Assembly: GCF_037042905.1 (NCBI RefSeq)
Contig: NC_087252.1
Span: forward strand, 21,764,001 to 21,828,000
From: Lytechinus pictus
Taxonomy: Eukaryota
Length of the DNA stretch: 64,000 nucleotides
Direction of reading: 5' to 3'
This document shows, in pieces, positions 40,633 to 51,013 of the stretch (position 1 is the stretch's first letter; each line of letters starts with the position of its first letter). The notes beneath the pieces were generated by a model. It saw only the letters and a list, made by a program, of their open reading frames with translations, searched no databases and was not told the DNA's origin. The translations under genes were made by a program, and so were the position numbers.

Positions 40633-41254
40633 CACCCACCTCTACTATTCATTGCGAATCATTCGGGGTCATTGGTACCTCCGTTCATACGTCCCTCATT
40701 TTGGGGCGTGACTCACACAGGAACGATACCAGCCCTCGCCCTCCCTCCCGGGACATCATTGATTTTTAATTCCTCATCAAAATCTGTCAGAAATCAGCCA
40801 AACGTTATGATGTGATTATAGACACATAACATACATGCATGCATGATGAAGAATATAATGGGTTATAGAGGAAGGGGTAGTTTTCTTAGTGGAGAGGTAT
40901 TTTATGATTTTCTTTATTTTCGAGAAGGGGGTGTACTTTTTGATGTGGCAACCAGTTCACTGCCCCCTCACTTCTTCATTGCTCTGAGCATTGTTTTAGA
41001 GCAAGAAGGTGGTTGATTTAATGCACAGGATATGTGGGTTAGTGCCCTTTTTACACTGAGTTAGTTTTTTGGATTGAGGGCGGGGTGCCATTCAGTATCT
41101 TTAGACAATGCAATATGTCAAAAAGCAGAGAAAAGTGCAGCTGGACAGTGAAGCATGAATTTAGTAAATTAATCACTTATAAAAAAAAGTTCACAAAGCA
41201 AACAAGTGCTTAAAATGTTGAAATTTGGTTTGGTGGGAAATTTACATTGTCCAG

Positions 41255-41435
41255 GGGGCCGTTTCATCAAGCTGTTCGTAGGTTAAGAGTGACTTTAAGA
41301 ACGACTGGTGAACCTTTCTTACGCGCTAAGCCATTACAAATGAACATTTTAGTGAACACCATTTACCACACAAAGGATCACCAGTCGTTCTTAAAGTTGC
41401 TCTTAACTTACGAACAGCTTTATGAAACACCCACC
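41255..41435. mobile_element. PIF/Harbinger-like MITE, about 180 bp
   Basis: About 60-bp imperfect TIR: GTTTCATCAAGCTGTTCGTAGGTTAAGAGTGACTTTAAGAACGACTGGTGA vs its complement at 41378-41428. Confidence 0.85.
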
Positions 41436-42611
41436 CGAATCAATTTTCAAAGCAAATAATTTTCAAACTGAATTAATATGGACATTGACTTTGTGATATT
41501 AAATGAATGGCTCATCAAGACCATAAACAATCCTATACACAATATATGAATAGATCCACTAATTGAAAGATACTTAAATTTTAGTCTTTGGAATATTCTT
41601 AACTCTCTATTAATATGATCTCATATTTCATTATGTAAATATGTACTATCACAGCAGAATTATTGATAGATATGTGTTCATATTTTATGTCCTGTAATTA
41701 AATCTTTTCTCTTCGAATTTTTGTATTCCATTTTAAAAAGTACAGTGATTTTTACTCATGACCTTATTTTTTTATATGAAGCATTCAAATCCGTATCTTT
41801 CACACTACTAGTATTATAATCCAATGTTGATGTTTCTAGCAGAGGTGAATTTTTCCTAAATTCATTTCTTTGTTAGAGGTGTGATTCCACTCATTCGCAG
41901 CACTCTTTTAGAACATGATTTCCTTTCATCTTTTCCTTTTGACTACACCATCGGCAGGTACTCTTTAAAATAACTACATCTATTGATGGAATTATAAGAA
42001 GAGGCAGAACGGTGGAATTATTTCACCTGTTTCTTCTGCTATCAATCCTGCCATGATTTTCCTTTTCTTTTTTATTCTTTAAAGCACAGGTATCTTTTGT
42101 GTGGGTTTTCTCTCCCATTAGTCCTGGGATATTCCTGTGATCCCATTGTGCCGCACCGCCCGACTCTTTATCCCGACGATGCGGTCCGCTCTGCGTCAGA
42201 CTGACGATGTTTTCTTTGCCCACCTTGCCGTGAAGAGACGAGAATGGATTGGGCAACGGGCTTCCCTCCTCCTAACCGCAATAGTAGGCCCTGTTTGGAT
42301 GTAAAAATTTAGTCAACATAAGACTTGAATGCATCCAGTCAGTCATTGTCCAAAAGGTTAGCCAATGTATCAGGACAAAACAACAATTCAAAAGTATTTA
42401 TTGAATTTCCTGGAAAACTTTGACTAATGTTCTTGTTATCGTCATGGCAAAAGGGAATGCTGACTTTTTTGTCTAGTCCATGACACCATATCACATAAGT
42501 TCAAATTGGCAATTATTTCAAACAATTATGAAATGCTTCTATGTTTTGATGCTATACTCCTTACCCTATTCTTTCTCCTGTCAGCTTTTACTAGTTACAT
42601 TGTACAAGCAT

Positions 42612-42680
42612 GCTGAAATTATTGAATAGTACAGTATACCAAATGCTTCCTTGAGATACTCCAAAATTTGTTGTGATGTC
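42612..42680 (-). mobile_element. Possible non-LTR retrotransposon RT remnant
   Basis: Translates TNFGVSQGSIWYTVLFN, a degenerate GVPQGSxLxPxLFN. Confidence 0.35.
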
Positions 42681-43411
42681 TTGGAAGTAAAAAGTGATAT
42701 ACAATTGGGACTTTTCTATTAATTCTAAAATTAACCCCTTGAATAGATATTGAAGGTAGATTCCAGTGGGAGTAGTAATCTTAAGAGACAAATGAAAGAG
42801 TATTAAAATTTGAAGAAAAAAAAAGAAAAAAAAATGAATGAAAGGGTAAAAATATTAAAGTGAATAGGAAAAGAGAGTGGGAACAGGTATCAGGGGGGAA
42901 ATGAAGATAGCAATAGGAGGGGTGTGAGGTAAATAAGATAAAAAACAAAAAGGAAAATTATCAACAGATAAAAATAATAACAAGTAAATGAAATCTGCAT
43001 GCTTAGTAGTATAAAGCTACATTAAAGACAAAACATTACATTTTTAATTGTCTTAAATTTCAGATGCAAACGGGGCATGGTAGTACAGGTATAGCGGGGC
43101 GGGATCAGGGAGGGTCATTTGGTGTGGTGTAGCTCTTGGTTGAATGGCAGTGTTTGGCGTTCAGTAAGAGGTGATTATTTCAGGGCGAGTAGGTGTCACT
43201 CCGCTCCAATACACCCATCCATCTGTCATGTTTAGCTGGACCAAAACTACACAGTGTCTCATGAAAATGAGTGGTAGAGGCAATTCGTTCATTTCCACTC
43301 CCCGCCAATATATGTAATTTTATAGTCCGCTATGTTTAGCCTTGGTTCCAATAAATGATGGATTGACTTTACGCAAACTTATCTGATGTGTTAAATTCCT
43401 CTACTTTGGCG

Positions 43412-43469
43412 TGGTGGCAGCGGTGGGATTCGAACCCACGCCATCGAAATGACTGGTGACTCAAACCAG
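43412..43469 (-). pseudogene. 5'-truncated tRNA-Leu retrocopy (position 27 through CCA)
   Basis: The minus strand reads CTGGT-TTGAGTC-ACCAG-T-CAT-TTCG-ATG-GC-GTGGG-TTCGAAT-CCCAC-CGCTGCC-A-CCA. This gives an anticodon stem-loop, long variable arm, T arm, 3' acceptor strand, discriminator A and CCA. The D arm and 5' acceptor strand are absent. Confidence 0.9.
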
Positions 43470-43751
43470 AAGAAGTACTCTCAAAAAGCGTACACGCTGT
43501 CCTGGAGAGGGTATCTCACATCAATGCAACTCCCTTCCTTCATATTACATGCAATGATATTTTGATCCACTGGCTATGAAATTACTGTCCTAATTGATTG
43601 ACAAAAAGTAAAATATTACCATTTATGAAGCCATTGCATTCAAGTACAATCATGAAATAGTCATAAATAGAGACTGGCTATAATCTCATATTCAATTAAT
43701 CAGGACAAGTCTCCTACTAACAAGATGAATAAAATCAGCAAATTTATCGGC
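43469..43751 (-). repeat. Unclassified ~285-bp interspersed repeat, copy B (inverted relative to A, fused to the tRNA fragment)
   Basis: Reverse complement of 30954-31248, with scattered substitutions and a ~10-nt indel. Confidence 0.9.
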
Positions 43752-46700
43752 ATTCATTAAGTATTTAGCGCCTTTTCCTTTTGGCTGCAAAGCACTTCAC
43801 TTAAAGGACGATGATGTGTTATATATGTATATGGGAACATAATTCTAGGTGTTTTTCACAGTATCATGTTTGTCTATGAATTATATTCCCCCTTTTTGAA
43901 AATAAATACTAAGTAGAATATATTCAAAGCGTTAACAAGACATTGATTTTTAGTGGAAATTAAGATAGATATTCTTATGAAAACTGAATATTTTAGGAAT
44001 TATTGAAAAAGATAAGACCTTTGATAGGAGAGAATTAAAGGAAAGGTAAAATGGTATTGGGTCTTTGAGATAGAAAATTGGAAAAGCTTGAAAATTGGAA
44101 CAAAAAGAAAGACTAGAAGTTGCATTCTATTGAAAGTCACTCCCGAGTATTCTGATGTAGAAAGTGAAAATACATGTTTTTTTTCTATTAATCTAAATAT
44201 TGCAGGTTAATATAACAGTTGTTTAGGAAGAGAGTGATATGACTATATAATCTGAATTGATTATTTTAATCGTAACTCGTATAAGTCATTAAAAAGAAAA
44301 TAAAAAATCTTTTAGCCAATATAGAGTCAATGTGAACCTTCCAAACAATGCAATGTATGTACCCTATACCTTCCAGGCTTGTGACTATGAAAGATGAGTT
44401 CACTTTTTTTTGACATACCCTATACCCTGATTTCTACCTCGGCACAACTGACACTTGTTTTATGATTCATATTTTCACCCGAAACCCTCCCAAATCCTGC
44501 CCCGTCCCTCCCAGTCACTGCACTCTTACGTGAAGTTGACTCTTTTGCCTCGTTTCACCTCATTCCAGTCATTCACGACTTAACGGCCGCAAATTTAGCC
44601 ACGAAATTCGGGCAAGATCGCGTGGTCAGCCCCCACCAGATCCTCGAAGGAAATTAGCGCCCTTACGGAATCAATGCAAAAGCGATTTTAGGTATTAATG
44701 TACCAGCATACCCCATCTGCATCTATATTTATATAAGGTTCATTTTTCAGCAGATTTTCATCTTTTTCTTGATTTTTCGTCATAATGAGATCCCGCGATA
44801 TTGATTGGCATTGTGACGAGTTGAGTGTGAGGAGGTTAAGTTATGAAAACACCGAAAGTGCAATCTTTGTTTTGATTGTAAACTCTTACACCAGCGAGCG
44901 TGTTAATTGTAGGGGAATGACAGGCTTATTTTAACGAAATTTTTAATTAGCTATCTGAGGGAGATGCTAAAGAAGTTAAAAAGCACTTTGCCTTTGAATT
45001 GACAGCCGGGATAATATTAACCCTTTCGCTGTGTAAACTCGTAAATTCAATTAACATTGCATTTGACCAGCCCTAAACTAAGACTTTCTACCTCTTATAG
45101 TCACCGTGTGTGATTTGACTCTCTTGTTAAATAAGACACCACCTTTTTTTGTTGTTCTATAGATACATCCTTCATGTTATGCATGGGTTTAGGTGACACT
45201 TATGTGTTAAAGTGAATTTAATTTTGATGGAAAATGCAATTGCTTTGGGTGAATATGAGTACTTAAAAAAATACAATATTAATTGAAGCATAATATTTTA
45301 CATGTTAAATTTCTTTTTAGCTTAGGCATAATAAAATGTCAATTTACTGCTTCTTGAATATTTTTATTAAAAAACTAGAAACACTGGGTGTTATATTAAG
45401 TTTTGTTTACTATACATGGTAATTTATTCTTCTGGTTTTTATTTTAGATTTTGTTTGAAGAATGTGGGTGTTCATTCCTTTTCATTAGCTTACCAAAAAT
45501 CCTGAAGTATATCTAGATGAGAATATTGTTTCATTTTCACATCACTGTTTTCAAGTTCTGTGTAGGCGCTTCATATTTTCATTATGACGAGAGTAAGAAA
45601 CGAGACCTATATAGGAGCATGCATGCCCCAAGAGATTCTTACCATATGCACCATGCAACAGATATTGCAGTCTTTTGAAGGATGGATGGCATCAAACTGC
45701 ATTCTGGGAAGACATAATGGGTTTTAATGATGACATTAAAACTACACTCTGCATCAGGATGTCCTAAAACCATAACTACACTTTCATTAAATCTTGATTA
45801 CTCTACTTGGGGTTAAGCTGTTATTTTACATGTCGCACCTTGCGGAGGGGCGCAAGTGCGCGCCCCTGGGGTGCAGAGAAGCACCCTAACAAGGAGTTTC
45901 ATTTATCGATTGCAATAAACAAGCTGAAGCAGTTGAAAGCGATCCCCAAGTCAGCATATTTCCTCTCTTCTTTTATTACAAATTCTACTCTTTTCTCGCT
46001 GTCGGATCACTTGAAAGGGCCGTGCTCCGAAAATGCTCGTGGCCGGCCGAAGCTCTCTCACTTCTTTTATCCTCATGGTATCTGTTTCTCTCTCTCTCTC
46101 CCTTTCTTTGTTGGATTAAGAGGATAGATGCATGGGGTTTAAATGGTCGCCCGATTGAGTTTCAGTAAATTACAAGTCTCGCGAGATTCCGATACACTCG
46201 CTATCTCCTTCCGACCGGCAAACAGCTGCTCCAAAAAGTGGATCATTGCAAGTATTGGGATGCAGCCGAAAATGACACAATACAATTTCAAAATCAAATA
46301 TTACATTCTTACACTTGTCTCATTTCTCAAACACACTTTCTTTCTCTCTTTCCTTTTCTCTCTTTTTCTTTTCCCTTATCCTTTCCTTCTTTTCTCACAA
46401 TCTGCCTCAATCGCCTTTCCTTTCCCCTTTCTTCAAACTCCTCCAACATTTCCCCTTATTACTCTGTCTTTTTTCTGTTTTTCTTCTTCCTTTTCTTTTG
46501 TCTGTTTTTTTTTTCATCTTCTTCTTTTCCTTCCCATCCTCCTTGTATTTCTCATCTTCATTTTTCTTCACTCTCTCTCCTCATCCTTTCTCATTTTCCT
46601 CTTTCCATCACACATTTAATTTCTAATTTTAGCTGATTTTTCTTTGTATATGCTTTGCTCATGTCCTTTATTGTTTATCTATTTCTAAATAAAATTAATC

Positions 46701-49499
46701 CATGTATTGGTTTATCTTCCTTCTCCCTTCCCCTCAACCAGCCCAGCCCCCCCCCCCCATCTCTTTCTCTCCCCCCCCCCCACCTTCCTTTTTATGATCT
46801 CTTGATATGAGATTGTCTAATACTCTATATTTTGGAAGTATCATATGCTGATTGCTTTGTAGTACAATTAAGGATGTAAATGAAGAGAAGCGCCGTTATT
46901 GGAAAGAGTTTGGTAACGTGATACGGGGCTGCATATCTTTGGGCTTTTGACGAGTTCTGTAAGGAATCGGCGTCGAGTTAATATACTGATAGCGGTGCCC
47001 GTTGCAACTTCTTGTGATTTTGTCGTTTGGGTTGTAATCTATAGCTTTGAGGACTTCATTAGACCGCAAAAAATATCCATTTGAACCATTCCACTTTTCT
47101 CCTACTCCCTTCCTTTCTCCTTTTCTGTCTCCCTCTCCCTCTCTTTCCTCCTCTCTCCTTTCCTCTTTTCTGCTTTCTCTCCACATTTGTCAGTTGCTAG
47201 ATTCATATTCTGTAGCAATTCTCAATACTATTGAATTCCACTTTTTTGCCATTTCTTTTATAAATTTCCACTTTGTTGAAATGTTACACCCCTTGTCATT
47301 TTCCATTTTATTGTAGAGGAATTTGCTTCTGCACTGGTATTCTTATACACACACAATCTAAATTAGGGAATATTTATGCAATGTGCATCATTTTTTACCT
47401 TTATGTATATAATAATAGGATATGTAGTATTTGATCTTTTTTATGTATAATGGGCCTATAACCTCTATTAGGATAAACTTGAGAGTAATTGTAAAAAAAA
47501 CTTGAGTTACTGTGAGTCTACACGAATTTTCAAATGATATTCACAATATTACATCACATCATTCCTTGTCATGGCTTTAACAAAAAAAAAATGATTTTTT
47601 TAATAACAACAATGATCTGGCCATAATGTATATTGCATTTCTTTGCCTTCTTTTTTAATAATTCAGTTTCCTGTGCCTTATTTGTTTCATTTTGATTATT
47701 GGCTTTGTGGTGAAAGGGCTTGCAACCTGTGTTATTGTAAATTTTATTGCATCAAGGCCCTTTTGTGAGGTCAACATATTTGTCTGTGTGCTCTTAAATC
47801 TGTTAATCTTTTTCCGCATCTCCCTCTCTCTTCTTTTCTCTCTGATATTCTTTCTCTTGTCATTCTTTCTTCACCTTGCCCTACATCCCAGCCTATCTGC
47901 CTTTCTATTCTCTTTCCCTCTTCAGACCCCCTCACTGCCACGTAGAGCGATAGGGTTATGCTCACCGCTGCTCCTAAACCGGCTCCCTTGCAGATCGTCA
48001 AACGCCCCCCAGCCGGCCCGTAATATTAGTTTACGATATTGTCCCCGGTTTTATAGACGCCCAAACTCTCGTTGCTTCACTTTATTTTCTGCCTTGAGGA
48101 ACTCTCGCAAGCTCGGTGACAATGCAAGCATTCCGATGGCAAAAAGAGGTGTTTGAGACCCTCCTGATCTTTGTGGTGGCATTTGAATGTCATCAAGTGG
48201 TTCTCATCATCGTAATTGTGTTCTGATTATAACTAGTATTATTCTGATTAGCAGTTAACTTCGATTGCCCTTTCTGTACCCTCCGTTCACATTCATCTTG
48301 TTTAATATCATTGTATTAGTCTATACCTAAGAATTCCTTAAACATATCTAGAATAAGATAGGAAATCCAAGCGTACTTGAAAAACTAACTCTAAAATTTT
48401 CTACCTTATGCTCTCCTCTCCTTCTTTTCTCTCCTCTTTCTCTTTCTTTTTCTTCTTTTTCTCTTCTCTCTCTTTCACTTCATCTTCTGTTTCTTCTATT
48501 GCTCCTTTTTCTTTCCATTTCTTTATCCCCTTGTTTCTCCCTCTCTCTCCCCCCCCTTCTGCTTTTCCTCCCTCTCCTCTCATCTCCCCCCTCTCTCTCC
48601 CTGTCTTTCCCCATTTCTTTTCTTCCTCCTCACCCTCTTCCTTCACTATCGCTTAATCCCTCTTTTTCTCTACCTCTTGATCAACATCTAATATATTCAA
48701 AGATACTGAACAGAGATATCAATTCAACCAAACTTGTTATCCTACCACTTACGTCTATTTAGATCTCGGGTGTAGGCCGACCCACCTCGTTCCGTTGTAT
48801 TTTGTTTAAATTATCACAAATCTCGCCCTCATTTTCACTAACCGGTCGTACTTATTCCCCAATGAGCGTTTCTCAACACACACGTCACTTGTCGCATTAT
48901 GGATTCACTTTTGCGCAATCAACTCTTCTATGGTTCTGCTAGAAACAGAAAGTCATTGGGTCATTTGTTTCAACATGGAGTTAACCCCTTACGACGTTCG
49001 ACCGATGTATCAGGTTCGAGCCCCATCATTATCATTGATAACTCCAGCTCATAGGTATATCACATAGCAAAGAGCTGCTACCTTACCACCACTCCTGCCC
49101 CCCCCCCCCCACAAAAAAAACCCCAAAGAAAACCACATTTGGAGAAAGACATGTCGACAAAACTGGGACGGGAGCATACGGCTTTTCATCAGCCCCAATT
49201 GAAGCAAATTGAATTAATTTGGGAAGAAAATAGAAAGTAACTCAGCATCTATTTCAATCGACCAATGTGGATTTTCTCTTTCCGTCTTCGAGTTTTGGTG
49301 AGTTGCATGAGTAAATCGTCTGTTACTGTTGGATGGAAGAAAAACAAGATGTTAAGTCCAAGGATCGAGATTCGAGAGTGGATTGTGATAGTTTTGTTGC
49401 AGACTTCTACCTCCTGTTATTAACCCTTAACCCACCCTCACGTTGGTAGGATGTTTTTAAAAAGCCTGGTATGAAAGATTTTACACATTTAATCTGTTT

Positions 49500-49850
49500 G
49501 CTTCTTTCTTCCCATCTTTTTCTTCTCTTCTTCTTCTCCTCCTTCTTCTTCTTTTCTTCTTCTCCTTCTTCTCCTCCTCCTTCCCCTCTTCCTCCTCCTC
49601 CCCCTCCTCCTCTTACTCCTCCCCTCCTCTTCTTTCTCCTCCCTCCTCCTCTTCCTCCTTCCTCCTTCCCCCTCCTCCTTCCCCCTCCTCCTTCCCCATC
49701 CTCTTACTCCTCCCTTTCCTCTTACTCCTCCTCCTCTTCCTCCTCCTCCTTCCCCCTCCTCATCCTTCCCCCTCCTCCTCTTTATTGTCCTTCCATGTCA
49801 TTTATCTTTTTTTTTGTCTTTCCCAATGTCTCCCATTTTCACCCATCCCT
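49500..49850 (+). repeat. (CCT/CTT)n polypyrimidine tract
   Basis: Direct reading. Confidence 0.9.
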
Positions 49851-50243
49851 ATCTTTACAAGTTAAAACACTTTGAAAGGGTAATTATTCCTCAACACTTT
49901 TTAACGGTTTATTCAACAATATTGCTTTCAGAGTGCAGATAAAGATTGTTGTTTGGAAACAGGGACATCTTTTACAAATTTTATAACATTTCTAAAGCAA
50001 ACACATCCTTGATGACAAAGAATGTCGCTACAATTCCTCCAAAGCATTTGTCTCAATTCTGTTCCAAATTGGTACAAATGTTAGCCATTTGTCTCCAATC
50101 TGCTCTCAGGAGTGGGATAAGAAAGCAGAAGAAACTATTTTTTTTATGGATGAGAATTGATGAAAATCATGTTTGATGCAAAGGGTAAGCTTCAATCAGT
50201 GGTGGAATAAGCATGATAGATAAGGAATGCCTACACGCACCTG

Positions 50244-50485
50244 GGACCGAAGGATTTCAGTAGCTTTTAACTGTTATTGCAAATTTGTTATTATACACTG
50301 TAAAAAATGAAGTGCTTATTTAGCACTTACAGTGCTTGTATAGTGACTGCACTACGAGTACTGATTTTCTAGTTTAAATTTGAACTAGAAAATCAGCACT
50401 CGTAGTGCAGTCACTATACAAGCACTGTAAGTGCTAAATTAGCACTTCATTTTTTACAGTGTAGTAAGTTTTATGAAACTGGTCC
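50244..50485 (-). mobile_element. Internally deleted Harbinger-like MITE hosting the palindrome
   Basis: GGACC...GGTCC termini with CTG on both sides (50241-50243, 50486-50488). Contains the reverse of the AAGCTACTGAAATCC core also seen at 22126 and 50930. Confidence 0.6.
50296..50461. mobile_element. Fully palindromic CACTG-terminated MITE
   Basis: CACTGTAAAAAATG...CATTTTTTACAGTG with TA on both sides. The arms meet without a spacer at 50378/50379, with 3 mismatches. Confidence 0.92.
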
Positions 50486-50559
50486 CTGGTTTACCTTGGG
50501 ATTTTAGTATTTGAAAAAAGAAATGTAACATGGTTGACGGAATGATACTTCATGATCAG

Positions 50560-50815
50560 AGATTTGTGTTCTAGCGTCCTTAGACAAGGCATCAATCCAC
50601 ACTTTGCCACTCTCCACCCAGGTGTTAAATGGGTACCCAGTAGGATTTGAAAGTCATTATAATTGTAAAATGTGTAGTATTGTCTGCGCCTCAATGGCAA
50701 CTAACTAGAATATTCCCCAGGGAGTGGAGGTTGTGCATACGTTGTGTCTGGAATAGCTGATTGAATCCGATGATCAGGGTAATAATGATTAAATCTGCAA
50801 GCACTTTAGATATGC
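50560..50815 (+). mobile_element. SINE copy (tRNA-derived family, head decayed)
   Basis: The core TGCCACTCTCCACCCAGGTGTTAAATGGGTACC is shared in reverse with the copies near 4975, 6465 and 11725. Confidence 0.7.
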
Positions 50816-50894
50816 ACAATCTATGTCTTAATCCCCTTTTAAATAACCTGATTAGTATCATTTTTTGAAAGAAAAAAGTTGTTTGTGACTGAAT

Positions 50895-51013
50895 GAGATA
50901 TGCAACACATTTTTGCTGACAATGGTTATAAGCTACTGAAATCCTTCCATCTGATTGGTTGAGGGCAAATTTGTCAGTAAATATCACTATTTGCTTCATG
51001 AAACTCCTTCCAG
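50895..51013 (+). mobile_element. Decayed MITE of the same AAGCTACTGAAATCC family
   Basis: Core at 50930-50958. Ends CTTCATGAAACTCCTTCCAG. Confidence 0.55.

Noticed and set aside
43412..43469. Functional tRNA-Leu(GAG) gene, or an LTR retrotransposon primer-binding site
   Set aside because: There is no D arm, A box or 5' acceptor strand. There is no upstream LTR ending in CA, and the tRNA match is far longer than a PBS.
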